A stretch of 64,000 nt of DNA from an uncultured Chloroflexia bacterium (GTDB taxonomy: Bacteria; Chloroflexota; Limnocylindria; Limnocylindrales; CSP1-4). How positions within the stretch are numbered: the stretch's first letter is position 1; each line of letters starts with the position of its first letter. This document shows positions 38,122 to 47,708 of this stretch, in pieces. Location: positions 1,376,001-1,440,000 of the forward strand of contig CAWEZH010000002.1 in assembly GCA_963813535.1 (NCBI GenBank), written 5' to 3'. A model generated the notes under the pieces. That model saw nothing but the letters and a program-made list of their open reading frames with translations, had not been told where the DNA came from and did not search any database. Made by a program: the position numbers and the translations under genes.

Positions 38122-39288
38122 TCAGTTGCCGCCGGCTGTCACCTCGACGGTGCCCTTCACGAAGGATTCGCCCTTGGTGTCCGCATCGGCGAGCTCCCCG
38201 AGCGCGGCCTCGGCGAGGTCCGTCCGATAGGCGTCCGCCGGCGGCGCCGCCTTGATGACGCCCGCGCCGAGCGAGACGTCGACGGTCTGCTGCCATTGGG
38301 CCGCGTCCATCATGCCGATACCCGCGGGGGACGGCCAGATCAGCGGGTTGATCTCGTTCATCATCCAGCGCTGATGCCCGGCCGGCAGCTGCGAACCGGC
38401 ATCGACGGTCGACTGGATGCAGTCGTCCGGGTTCTCGCGGCAGTAGACCCAGCCCTGGAACGAGGCCTTCAGGAACGCCTTGGCGATGTCTTCATTGCCG
38501 GCTTCTGCGAGCCACGCGGCGCGCGCGAAGAGCGCGTCCTGCAGCATCGCGACACCCTCGTCGTTCCAGTTGATGACGTTGAGGTCGGTCGGCTGGTACA
38601 GCTCGCCCGACTCAGGATTCGTCGCCTCGAGGACCTGGGCGTACTCGTTGTAGATCATCGCCTCGGCGACGTCGATCTGCTTCGAGAGCAGCAGGGTCAT
38701 GTCGAACGGCTGGATGACCTTCTCGTAGTCGGTGCCCTGCTCGAGACCGGCCTTCTTGGCGCCGGCCGTGACCTCGAACTCGTTGCCGAAGTCCCAGACG
38801 CCGATCTTCTTGCCCTTGAAGTCGGCCGGCTTGGTGATATTCGTGTCCTTCCACGAGACGGACAGGGTGCCCGAGCGCTGGAAGATCTGGGCGATGTTCA
38901 CGAGGTCGGAACCGGCCTCGCGGGCCTCGAGGACCTTGGGGACCCACGAGATGGTGAACTCGGGGCCATCGGGCGCCGAGCCGACCTGCTGCGGGACCAC
39001 GGTCGGGCCGCCATCGAGGATCGTGACGTCGAGACCGGCGGCCTCGAAGTAGCCCTGGTCCTTCGCGGCGAAGTAGCCCGCGAACTGGGCCTGCGGCGCC
39101 CACTGCAGCTGGAGGCTGACCTTGGTCAGCTCGGCCGGCGCGCTGGCAGACGGCTCGGTCGATGCGGACGCGCTCGCTGCGGGCTCGCTCGCCGACGGCG
39201 CGCTCGTCGCTGCTCCGCCGCTCGTACACGCGGCGAACAGCATGCTGGCCGACGCGGCCAGTGCCAGGACCATCCTGGATCGCTTCAT
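38122..39288 (-). CDS. NMT1/THI5-like ABC substrate-binding lipoprotein (pyrimidine uptake)
   Basis: Lipobox LFAAC; motifs LQWAPQAQFAGYFAA, NIAQIFQRSG and AMIYNEY. GGAGGAG RBS. Confidence 0.9.
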   Translation of the reverse strand: MKRSRMVLALAASASMLFAACTSGGAATSAPSASEPAASASASTEPSASAPAELTKVSLQLQWAPQAQFAGYFAAKDQGYFEAAGLDVTILDGGPTVVPQQVGSAPDGPEFTISWVPKVLEAREAGSDLVNIAQIFQRSGTLSVSWKDTNITKPADFKGKKIGVWDFGNEFEVTAGAKKAGLEQGTDYEKVIQPFDMTLLLSKQIDVAEAMIYNEYAQVLEATNPESGELYQPTDLNVINWNDEGVAMLQDALFARAAWLAEAGNEDIAKAFLKASFQGWVYCRENPDDCIQSTVDAGSQLPAGHQRWMMNEINPLIWPSPAGIGMMDAAQWQQTVDVSLGAGVIKAAPPADAYRTDLAEAALGELADADTKGESFVKGTVEVTAGGN

Positions 39289-39346
39289 GGCTCCTCCTCC
39301 AGATTCCTTCGACCCCGCGGGGTCGTTGACGTCGCGCGGCACGCCC

Positions 39347-40201
39347 CTACGGCTCATCCGCTCGGATGGACGCGTGCCAGGGGATGAAGATCCGTTCAAG
39401 GATGACGACGGCCAAGTAGAACACGATACCGGTCACCGCGGCCAGCAGGACGGCCGCCCACGTGACGTCGAAGCGCAGCGCGCTCGACGCCTGGACGATG
39501 ATCCGGCCGAGGACCAGCGATGATCCCCCGAAGTACTCCCCCACGATCGCGCCGATCAGGCTCAGGGTCGTGGCCACCTTGAGGGCGGTGAAGAAGTACG
39601 GGAGTGCGGTCGGCACGCGGACCTTGCGCAGGACCGTCCACTCGGACGCGGCGTAGGAGCGCATCAGCTCGAGCGCGGCCGGCTCCGCAGCCGTCAGCCC
39701 GCGGGTGACGTTCACCATCACGGGGAAGTACACGAGCACCGCGGCCATCATCATCTTGCTCAACGGCGACAGCGCCCCGAACCAGTTGTTCATCAACGGC
39801 GCGAACGCGATGATCGGGATCGCGCCGGCGGCCACGCCGATCGGGATGAGGGTGTTCCTGGCCGTCGCCCAGCGCGAGGTGAGGAACGCGGTCCCGACGC
39901 CGGCGACCGTCCCGATGACCAGCCCGCCGACCGCCTCGAGCATGGTCGCCTGCCACGACGGCAGCAACCCAAATCGGCCGGTGGCCCAGTTGTCTGCGAG
40001 GGCGGCGATGATCGCCGATGGTCGCGGCAGGATGAATGCACGCAACCCGATGGCGCCCACGATCAGCTCCCAGGCGACGATCGCGCCCACGAACACGATC
40101 ACGGCCGGCGCGTATTCGACGACCCGACGTCCGGCGTCGCTCCCCCGACCCGGACCCGACCCGATCGGTCGGCCTGGCACCGCCTCAGCTCGCGCGCTCA
40201 T
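39347..40201 (-). CDS. ABC transporter permease (NitT/TauT type)
   Basis: Motifs LPRPSAI, PIIAFAPL, ELMRSYAAS and IGAIVGEY. Confidence 0.92.
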   Translation of the reverse strand: MSARAEAVPGRPIGSGPGRGSDAGRRVVEYAPAVIVFVGAIVAWELIVGAIGLRAFILPRPSAIIAALADNWATGRFGLLPSWQATMLEAVGGLVIGTVAGVGTAFLTSRWATARNTLIPIGVAAGAIPIIAFAPLMNNWFGALSPLSKMMMAAVLVYFPVMVNVTRGLTAAEPAALELMRSYAASEWTVLRKVRVPTALPYFFTALKVATTLSLIGAIVGEYFGGSSLVLGRIIVQASSALRFDVTWAAVLLAAVTGIVFYLAVVILERIFIPWHASIRADEP

Positions 40202-41076
40202 CCGACCGCGCCCTCGGCAGTCGTCCGGCGGGCCGACGCGATCGCCTCGGTGTCGGGGTCAGTCAGCCCTTCGCGGCCGCGCAGGGCCTCGCGGACCTGC
40301 GTGACCACCTCGAAGTAGCGCTCGCTCTCGCGCGTCTCCTCGTCGCGTGGACGAGGCAGGTCGACGTCGATGACGCTGGCGATGCGGCCCGGGCGTGGAC
40401 TCATGACGACCACCCGCGACGACATGAACACGGCCTCCGGGATCGAGTGCGTGACGAAGACGATCGTTGTCCCGGTGCGGTCCCAGATCCGCTGGACCTC
40501 CGAGTTCATGCGTTCCCGGGTCATCTCATCGAGCGCCCCGAACGGTTCGTCCATCAGCAGGATCGAGGGCTCGAATGCGAGCGCGCGGGCGATCGCCACG
40601 CGCTGCTGCATCCCGCCCGACAGCTGCCACGGGTAGTGATGGACGAAGTCCTCGAGCTCGACCAGGTCGAGCATCTCGGCGGCCTTCGCCTGGCGACGCG
40701 CCGCGTCGAGACCCTGGATCTCGAGCGGGAGCTTGACGTTGTCCTCCACCGTCCGCCAGTCGAACAGGACGGGTGCCTGGAACACCATCCCGTAGTCGCG
40801 GTCGCGCCGGGCACGATCGGCCGGCTTGCCGTTGACGATGACGCTGCCGCTCGACGGCTTGATGAGGTCGCCGATGATCCGCAACAGGGTCGACTTGCCG
40901 CAGCCGGACGGTCCGATCAGCGACACGAATTCCCCTCGACGGATGTCGAGGTCGATCCCGTCGAGCGCGGTCATCTCCGAGCCGTCGCGCCGCGCGAAGA
41001 CCCGGCCCACGTCGGACAACCGGACGACGGGTTCCGGATTCGCCGTGCCGTCTGCTGCAGTCACGGAGTCCGCCAT
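40198..41076 (-). CDS. ABC transporter ATP-binding protein (NitT/TauT type)
   Basis: Motifs [28 protein letters not shown] and FVTHSI. Confidence 0.94.
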   Translation of the reverse strand: MADSVTAADGTANPEPVVRLSDVGRVFARRDGSEMTALDGIDLDIRRGEFVSLIGPSGCGKSTLLRIIGDLIKPSSGSVIVNGKPADRARRDRDYGMVFQAPVLFDWRTVEDNVKLPLEIQGLDAARRQAKAAEMLDLVELEDFVHHYPWQLSGGMQQRVAIARALAFEPSILLMDEPFGALDEMTRERMNSEVQRIWDRTGTTIVFVTHSIPEAVFMSSRVVVMSPRPGRIASVIDVDLPRPRDEETRESERYFEVVTQVREALRGREGLTDPDTEAIASARRTTAEGAVG

Positions 41077-42002
41077 CACGTCGCGCTCGGGGCCGTGCGC
41101 CCGCGCAGCAAGAAGCGCTCGGCCAGCCAGATGCAGCCGAAGAACACGACGCCGAGGAGCGAGGCCGCGAGGATCGCCGCCCACAGCTTCTCCGGACCCG
41201 TGATGTAGTACTGGTTGAACGTCGTGATGACACGGCCGAGACCGGCCTGGATGCCGCCCGTGTCCTCCCCGATGATGGCGCCGACGATGCTCGCGCTCGC
41301 CGCGATCTTGAGCGCGGTGAACAGGTACGGCATGGATGCCGGCAGGCGGAGCTTCCAGTAGATCGTCGAGCGTGACGCAGCGTAGGAGCGCATCAGCTCG
41401 AGCGAACGCGGGTCGAACGAGCGCAGGCCGCGGATCATCGCGATCGTCACGGGGAAGAAGGTCAGGTACGTGGCGATGATGACGACCGACAGGACGCCCT
41501 GCCCCAGCGCGAACACGATCAGCGGCGCGAGCGCGATGATCGGGATGGTCTGGCTAGCGATGACGTAGGGCACGAACGCACGCTCCATCAGCCGCGAGTG
41601 CACGAAGATCGTCGCGAGCAGAAGCCCGAGGAACGCGCCCAGCAGGAACCCGATCCCCGCCTCGCGCCAGGTGTAGAGCGAGGCGCCGACGAGGTACTCG
41701 GCGAGGCTCTGGTCTGCGTTGCGTTGGAACGGCTGGCCGAGCGCGTAGGCGATGTTCCAGACGTGGGGCAGGTTCAGGTCGTTCGCGAACGCCCAGCGGA
41801 ACGGCGGATCCCAGAGGACCGGGGCGCCGGGGCCGGCACCGATCGGGCGCCACGGAACGCCACCCAGGAACTTCGCGCCTTCCCACACCGCCAGGACGAG
41901 CAGCAGGAACAGCCCGAACGTGACGAGCGGCTTCGCTCTCGAGCGGACCGCCGACCCGCGCCAGACGGACGCGCGATCGCTCTGGATCACGGTCGTCGCC
42001 AT
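41076..42002 (-). CDS. ABC transporter permease (NitT/TauT type)
   Basis: Motifs SQTIPIIALAP, ELMRSYAAS and VGAIIGE. Confidence 0.92.
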   Translation of the reverse strand: MATTVIQSDRASVWRGSAVRSRAKPLVTFGLFLLLVLAVWEGAKFLGGVPWRPIGAGPGAPVLWDPPFRWAFANDLNLPHVWNIAYALGQPFQRNADQSLAEYLVGASLYTWREAGIGFLLGAFLGLLLATIFVHSRLMERAFVPYVIASQTIPIIALAPLIVFALGQGVLSVVIIATYLTFFPVTIAMIRGLRSFDPRSLELMRSYAASRSTIYWKLRLPASMPYLFTALKIAASASIVGAIIGEDTGGIQAGLGRVITTFNQYYITGPEKLWAAILAASLLGVVFFGCIWLAERFLLRGRTAPSAT

Positions 42003-42007
42003 GTCGC

Positions 42008-43345
42008 CTAGCCGGTCACCACCTGGTCGGCGATATCGAGCGCCGCGTCGATGGTCTCGAAGCCCTCAGCGAGCTCGTCCTCCGTGATGCACAGGGGCGG
42101 GTTCGTGTGGATCGAGTTGTTGGCGATCAACGTGTACAGCCCGTGCTCGCGGAGGTACTTGCCGATGGCCTTCATCTCGTCGGACGTGCCGTTGAACGGG
42201 GTCATCGGTGTCCACGGGTCCCGGCTGCGGACGAGGTCGAGGATGCCGAAGAGGCCGAGGTTCCGGGTCGCCCCGACCGACGGGTGCTTCGCTGCGAGCC
42301 GGTCGTGGTGCTCACGCATGCGCGTCCCCATCCGCGCGGCGTTCTCGATGAGCCCGTCCTCCTCGTAGACGCCGATCGTCGCCAGCGCGGCGGCGAGCGA
42401 GACGGGATGTGACGAATAGGTCAGGCCGCCGTAGAACATCTTGTCCTCGAACGCCTCGGCGATGCCGCGGCGCATGGCGACCGCGCCCAGCGGCAGGTAC
42501 GACGACGTCAGGCCCTTGGCCATCGTCATCAGGTCGGGCACGACATCCCAATGGTCGACCGCGAACCAGCGGCCGGTCCGGCCGAACCCGGCCATCACCT
42601 CATCGGCCACCATCAGGATCCCATGGCGATCGCAGATCTCGCGGACGCCCTGGAGGTAGCCGTCAGGCGGGATCAGGATCCCGTTCGTGCCGACGATGGT
42701 CTCGAGGAAGACGGCGGCGATGGTCTGCGGGCCTTCGTAGCGGATGACGTCCTCGAGACCCTGCAGGCTCTCCTCGACCGGCCGCGGCTCCTTCTCGCCC
42801 CAGCGATGCGTGTCCGGGTAGCGAACGACGCCGACCAGGCCAGGCTCGTTGGCCCAGCGGCGCGGATCGCCGGTCAACGTCATCGCGCCAAGAGTGGCGC
42901 CGTGGTAGGCCCGGTAGCGTGCCAGCACCTTGTACCGCCCGCTGAAATGGCGCGCCAGCTTGATCGCATTCTCGATGGCCTCGGCGCCACCCAACGTGAA
43001 GAAGACCTTGTCGATGTCGCCGGGCAGGATCTCCGCCAGCTTCTTGCCGAGCCTGCCCCGGATCTCCGTCGCGAACGCGGGCTGGACGTACTGCAGCTTG
43101 GTCGCCTGCTCGGTGATCGCGTCGATCACCCGCCGGTCGCCGTGACCGATGTTCACGGACATCAGCTGGCTGTTGAAATCGAGGATCCGCGTGCCGTCAG
43201 GCGTGTACAGCCAGACGCCCTCGGCGTGATCGATGACGATCGGGTCGACCGCCCCCTGGACCGACCACGAGAAGAAGGTGTGCGCGCGGTTGAGAGCGAC
43301 GATCTCTTCGGTCGTCATCGCCCCGGATGCGGTGCTGATGCCCAT
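42008..43345 (-). CDS. Class III PLP aminotransferase (probable beta-alanine/omega-amino acid transaminase)
   Basis: Motifs GGAEAIENA, AYHG, DEVMAGFGRTG, TMAKGLT and GLTYSSHP. Substrate inferred from the pyrimidine cluster. Confidence 0.88.
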   Translation of the reverse strand: MGISTASGAMTTEEIVALNRAHTFFSWSVQGAVDPIVIDHAEGVWLYTPDGTRILDFNSQLMSVNIGHGDRRVIDAITEQATKLQYVQPAFATEIRGRLGKKLAEILPGDIDKVFFTLGGAEAIENAIKLARHFSGRYKVLARYRAYHGATLGAMTLTGDPRRWANEPGLVGVVRYPDTHRWGEKEPRPVEESLQGLEDVIRYEGPQTIAAVFLETIVGTNGILIPPDGYLQGVREICDRHGILMVADEVMAGFGRTGRWFAVDHWDVVPDLMTMAKGLTSSYLPLGAVAMRRGIAEAFEDKMFYGGLTYSSHPVSLAAALATIGVYEEDGLIENAARMGTRMREHHDRLAAKHPSVGATRNLGLFGILDLVRSRDPWTPMTPFNGTSDEMKAIGKYLREHGLYTLIANNSIHTNPPLCITEDELAEGFETIDAALDIADQVVTG

Positions 43346-43418
43346 GGCTCCTCCTCCGGCGCCCGCGGGCGCGAGACCGGATTACAGCACATCTGCCGGG
43401 GGCCGACGGGTGGATGCG

Positions 43419-44372
43419 TCAGACGGGCTGTCGGCTGGGGGCACGAGGATCGTCAGCGCGGCCGGGATCGACACGCGCCGCGAGCCAGCCCGGCGGGTGC
43501 GTGTCGCCGTCGGACTCGACGGGTTGCGGCGGCTCCGTCTCGATGCGCACCTCGCGGACGGTCCGGCGGATGGCCGTCCCGTCGAGCCGCCCCTTGCGCA
43601 CCAGCAACTCGACCGTACTGCGCAAGCCTCTCGCCAGACCCCGACCACCCACCACCACCAGGTCGAGCCGACCGTCGCTCGGATCGATCGGCTCACGCGG
43701 GCCGAGGCGGCCAGGGATGAGCTCTCCGAGGTTGGCGACGAGCGCCAGGTGACCTTCAAGCTGGAGTCGTTCGCCGTCGGCGACGATGTCGAAGGCGGTC
43801 GGTCTGAGCCGCGTGAGCTCGCGAAGCGCCGCACCGACATAGGCAGCGAACCGCAGACGGTGCTTCAAGTCCTCGTGGGCTGTCGCCATGATCCGCGCGT
43901 CCAGCCCGACGCCCGCTGCCACGACGAACGTCCTCCGTCCGTCGGGTTCGTCCACGCCGTAGCGGCCCCACTCGGCAAGGCCGAGGTCGATGGTACGCGG
44001 AACCCCGTCACGGATGACAGCCACGGCCGAGCGGACACCGTGGACCCCGATGCTTGCGGCGAGGACGTTGCCGGTCCCGGCCGGCACGATCGCGAGCGGC
44101 GTGGACCGACCCGCAAGGATCTCGGCCGCGTGGCGGACGGTCCCGTCCCCGCCGATCGCCGTGATCAGCGGGGACTCCACATGGCGCCGCAGCGCCGCCG
44201 ACGCGGCCTCCTCGGTGTCGTCGACCACGACCGGCTCCCGAGCCGTACGGTCCCGGATGGCACGCGCGATGACCTTGACGGTGGCCGTCCGCCGGTCGGG
44301 ATCGCGAAGCCGCGCTGCACGCGGGTTGACGACGAGGAGCGGAGCCGAGGGATCGCCCGCGATCGATGCCAT
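43419..44372 (-). CDS. Diacylglycerol/lipid kinase family protein
   Basis: Motifs NP, GGDGT, PAGTGNVLA, G.GLDA and DGRLD. Confidence 0.88.
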   Translation of the reverse strand: MASIAGDPSAPLLVVNPRAARLRDPDRRTATVKVIARAIRDRTAREPVVVDDTEEAASAALRRHVESPLITAIGGDGTVRHAAEILAGRSTPLAIVPAGTGNVLAASIGVHGVRSAVAVIRDGVPRTIDLGLAEWGRYGVDEPDGRRTFVVAAGVGLDARIMATAHEDLKHRLRFAAYVGAALRELTRLRPTAFDIVADGERLQLEGHLALVANLGELIPGRLGPREPIDPSDGRLDLVVVGGRGLARGLRSTVELLVRKGRLDGTAIRRTVREVRIETEPPQPVESDGDTHPPGWLAARVDPGRADDPRAPSRQPV

Positions 44373-44424
44373 GCAGCGCCGAATGCTACCGTGTCCAGGA
44401 CGAGGGGCAGCCCGGAGGAGACCA

Positions 44425-44829
44425 ATGGATCGCGCCGGATTCCGTGCCTGGCTCCAGCGTTATGTCGACGCGTGGCGGCTCAACGACCCGGTCGCCGTCG
44501 GCGACCTGTTCAGCCCCGAGGTGCGGTACGCCTTCGACCCGTTCAGCGAGGCGGTCGTCGGACGGAATGCGCTCATCGAGTCGTGGCTGGACGACCCCGA
44601 CGATCCCGCGTCGTGGGAGGCCGACTACGAGGTCCTCGCGGTCGATGGTGACGTCTTCGTGGCGCACGGCCGGACCCGCTACCTGACGGACGACCGCTCC
44701 GCGATCGACCGCGAGTTCGCGAACGTGTTCGTCTGCCGCTTCGACGAGGACGGTCGCTGCCGGGAGTTCACCGAGTACTACATGCGCCGTCGTCCGGAGA
44801 CGTCCGTCGAAGAGTCGGTCGTCGACTAG
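44425..44829 (+). CDS. SnoaL/NTF2-like protein
   Basis: WLQRYVDAW..ND...VGDLFS and FDEDGRCREFTEY. GGAGG RBS. Confidence 0.85.
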   Translation: MDRAGFRAWLQRYVDAWRLNDPVAVGDLFSPEVRYAFDPFSEAVVGRNALIESWLDDPDDPASWEADYEVLAVDGDVFVAHGRTRYLTDDRSAIDREFANVFVCRFDEDGRCREFTEYYMRRRPETSVEESVVD

Positions 44830-45770
44830 GACCCACTCGGAACGACGACTCGCAATGCCCGCGGGCGCGTGCGATACGAGACGGGCGTGTGTCCGAGATC
44901 GATGCCGTCGCCGCGCGCCGGGAGCGGATGCACGCTGGTGATCCGGACTTCGGCTGACCGGTAGGTCCTGGCTTGCGGCGCATACCGCCGCCGGCCGAAC
45001 GAGATCGACGCCAGGTGGCGCAGGAGCTCCCACTTCGAGTACGTCGAGAAGATCGTCACGTCGAACCGGCCGTCGTCGAGCCGGGCCGCGGGGGCAACGG
45101 TCATGCCGAGCCCGAGGTATGGTCCGATGGAGGCCGCGACCATCAACCCACGCGTCGACACCGTCTGACCGTCGAGCTCGATCGTCATCCGTGCCGGTCG
45201 ATAGCGGAACGCGACGGCGATCGTCCGCGGTATCGACACCGCATCCCCCTCATCGGCCCGCGTGACCTCGCGAAAGATCGCGGCGTTGAGCCCGACGGAG
45301 CCGGCCTCGAGGAACGGGACGACGCGCCCGTCGGCGGCGATCGCCTCACCGGTGTCCACCTCCCGGATGACGCCCGATGCCAGGACCTCGGCCGCCTGAT
45401 CGATGTCACGCCCGATACCGAGCGCACGGGCGATGTTCATGACCCGGCCCAGCGGCAGGATCCCGAGTGCCGTCCCTGTCCCGAGCAGGCCCTCGGCAAC
45501 CAGGTGTACCGTGCCATCGCCGCCGGCTGCGACCACGATGTCGACACCCTCGGCGACGGCGTGGCGCACGATCGCGCGGGCTTCCACCGCGTCGGACGGT
45601 TCCTCGACCTCGGCCACGACGCCGTGACGTTCGAGGACCTCGTGCAGCTCGTCGGCCGAGCCGCCCGCCTGGAGCGCGGTCGGCAAGCCGGCCGACGGGT
45701 TCCAGATGACGAGGATCCGCGGCGCTTCGGTCGGGGTCGTCGCCGTCGGGATCGCCTCGGGCTCCGTCAT
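44826..45770 (-). CDS. Diacylglycerol/lipid kinase family protein
   Basis: Motifs NPSAG, AAGGDGT, LPLG..MNIARALG and DDGRFD. Confidence 0.88.
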   Translation of the reverse strand: MTEPEAIPTATTPTEAPRILVIWNPSAGLPTALQAGGSADELHEVLERHGVVAEVEEPSDAVEARAIVRHAVAEGVDIVVAAGGDGTVHLVAEGLLGTGTALGILPLGRVMNIARALGIGRDIDQAAEVLASGVIREVDTGEAIAADGRVVPFLEAGSVGLNAAIFREVTRADEGDAVSIPRTIAVAFRYRPARMTIELDGQTVSTRGLMVAASIGPYLGLGMTVAPAARLDDGRFDVTIFSTYSKWELLRHLASISFGRRRYAPQARTYRSAEVRITSVHPLPARGDGIDLGHTPVSYRTRPRALRVVVPSGS

Positions 45771-46468
45771 GCGCGCTCGCGCGTGGTGCGCGCCTTCAGG
45801 CCTCGGTACAGGCGAGACAGACCCAGCAGATAGCTGATGCCCAGCAGGTACGACGCGCTCACGTCCGTGAGCCAGTGGTGGCCCTGGTGGACGCGGCTCG
45901 GTCCGACGAGCGCAACCAGCGAGAGGAGCGCACCGACGACCAACCGCCTGAGCCACGCGGGTCGCAGGAGGGTGTACGCGAGGTAGGCGAGGAACCCGTA
46001 TACGCCGACATACGTGATGGTGTGACCGCTCGGAAAACTCGATCCGCCGAGCGGCGCGGCGATCACCCGGACATCGACGCCGGCGACCGGCCGAGGCCGT
46101 TTCATCAGCGCCTTGACCAGCGACGCAAGGAGCGCCGTCCCCCATGCACCGACCATCGCGATCGCCTCGAGGCGCAGCCGTAGGGCCAGCAGCATCGCCA
46201 CGATCACGGCCGGGATGATCCGGCTCTGGGGCGGGAATCCGGGCCATGAGACCGCTTGCATCAGCCGGGCGAGTGACGGGTGGGAAAAGCGCTGCAGCTT
46301 CATCGTCACGGCGAGGTCGATCGCGTCGCTCCGCCGGGCGCGGACGAGCCCGAAGATCGCAAGAAACCCGACGAGGCCCAGTCGCTCGAGCAGGGCTGCC
46401 GTCCGGCCGCGGCGGACCGCTATTCGTGGTGGGGCGACCTCGACGGGCGAGTGGGTCAGCTGGGTCAC
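45767..46468 (-). CDS. PAP2 family membrane phosphatase
   Basis: Motifs K...KRPRP, SFPSGH and SRVHQGHHWLTDV. Start approximate. Confidence 0.88.
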   Translation of the reverse strand: MTQLTHSPVEVAPPRIAVRRGRTAALLERLGLVGFLAIFGLVRARRSDAIDLAVTMKLQRFSHPSLARLMQAVSWPGFPPQSRIIPAVIVAMLLALRLRLEAIAMVGAWGTALLASLVKALMKRPRPVAGVDVRVIAAPLGGSSFPSGHTITYVGVYGFLAYLAYTLLRPAWLRRLVVGALLSLVALVGPSRVHQGHHWLTDVSASYLLGISYLLGLSRLYRGLKARTTRERA

Positions 46469-46729
46469 CCCCCGAGCATGGGATGGCCGAAGGGAGGCGG
46501 GCCCGTCGCGAGACGAAGGCTGCCTGCCAGCTCCATTACAAGCGGACGACATGCCACGGCCGTGCCGTCCTTGGCGCCGGTGGTGTCGCCGGCCGCCGCT
46601 CCACGGCAACGCGAGGGCACGGCGACGGCCGGGCGACGTGCATGTGTCTCCGGCGTTCACCACGCCGCGGGTGGCGGTGTACCCTCCCCTCTCCAACTGC
46701 CACGACGCGACCGAAGAGGGAAGCCGACC

Positions 46730-47581
46730 ATGCCGCGAATCGTCCGTGGGGCGCTCGTCCAGGCCAGCTGGACCGGCGACAAGGAATCGATGATCCAGAA
46801 GCACGAGGAGCGGGCGGTCGAAGCGTCCAGGCAGGGCGCCCAGGTGATCCTGTTCCAGGAGCTCTTCTACGGCCCGTACTTCTGCCAGGTCCAGGACGCC
46901 CAGTACTACAGCTACACCGAGCTGATCCCCGACGGTCCCACGACCAAGCGGATGCAGGACCTTGCCAAGGCGACCGGCATGGTCGTCGTGGCCCCGATGT
47001 ACGAAGAGGACGCGCAGGCGTCCGGCATCTACTACAACACCGCGGCGGTCATCGACGCTGACGGCACCTACCTCGGCAAGTACCGCAAGACCCACATCCC
47101 GCACGTCAAGGGGTTCTGGGAGAAGTTCTACTTCCGCCCGGGGAACCTCGGCTACCCGGTCTTCGAGACGGCCGTCGGCAGGGTCGGCGTGTACATCTGC
47201 TACGACCGGCATTTCCCGGAGGGCGCGCGAGCGCTCGGGCTCAACGGTGCCGAGATGGTGTTCATCCCGTCGGCCACGTCGCGCGGCCTGTCGGAGTACC
47301 TGTGGCGGATCGAGCAGCCCAGCCACGCCGTCGCGAACGGCTACTACGTGGGCACCATCAATCGGGTCGGGATCGAGAAGGAATTCGGTGACGACGACTT
47401 CTATGGCCAGAGCTACTTCGTCGATCCGCGCGGCCAGTTCGTCGGCGACGTGGGCGATGCGCACGACGAGGAGCTGATCGTCCGCGACCTCGATCTGGAC
47501 AAGATCGCCGAGGTCCGCAACACATGGCAGTTCTACCGCGACCGGCGGCCGGACGCATACGACGACTTGACACGCCCGTAG
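46730..47581 (+). CDS. Nitrilase-superfamily N-carbamoyl-beta-alanine amidohydrolase (beta-ureidopropionase)
   Basis: Catalytic E (FQELF), K (YRKTHIP) and C (ICYDRHFPE); FWEKFYF; pyrimidine-cluster context. Confidence 0.88.
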   Translation: MPRIVRGALVQASWTGDKESMIQKHEERAVEASRQGAQVILFQELFYGPYFCQVQDAQYYSYTELIPDGPTTKRMQDLAKATGMVVVAPMYEEDAQASGIYYNTAAVIDADGTYLGKYRKTHIPHVKGFWEKFYFRPGNLGYPVFETAVGRVGVYICYDRHFPEGARALGLNGAEMVFIPSATSRGLSEYLWRIEQPSHAVANGYYVGTINRVGIEKEFGDDDFYGQSYFVDPRGQFVGDVGDAHDEELIVRDLDLDKIAEVRNTWQFYRDRRPDAYDDLTRP

Positions 47582-47598
47582 GCGCTATCATCCCCGCC

Positions 47599-47630
47599 GG
47601 CTCGGCTGTCAGGAGGAGGACAGCCGAGCC
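47599..47630 (+). other. Perfect 12-bp stem-loop with an AGGAGGAG loop
   Basis: GGCTCGGCTGTC-AGGAGGAG-GACAGCCGAGCC. Confidence 0.55.
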
Positions 47631-47708
47631 CTCACTGCAATGGCTCGCGGAGCGTCGCCTTGCTGTTCGGGGAGCGAGCGACGGATCGCCGTTGAGGTTG
47701 CCATTACC

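Noticed and set aside
46655-46660. Single GTTCAC upstream of the ureidopropionase gene as a Pho box
   Set aside because: It has no partner hexamer in 11-bp phase.
47567-47591. TTGACA...TATCAT internal sigma70 promoter
   Set aside because: The spacer is only 13 bp, too short for a canonical promoter.
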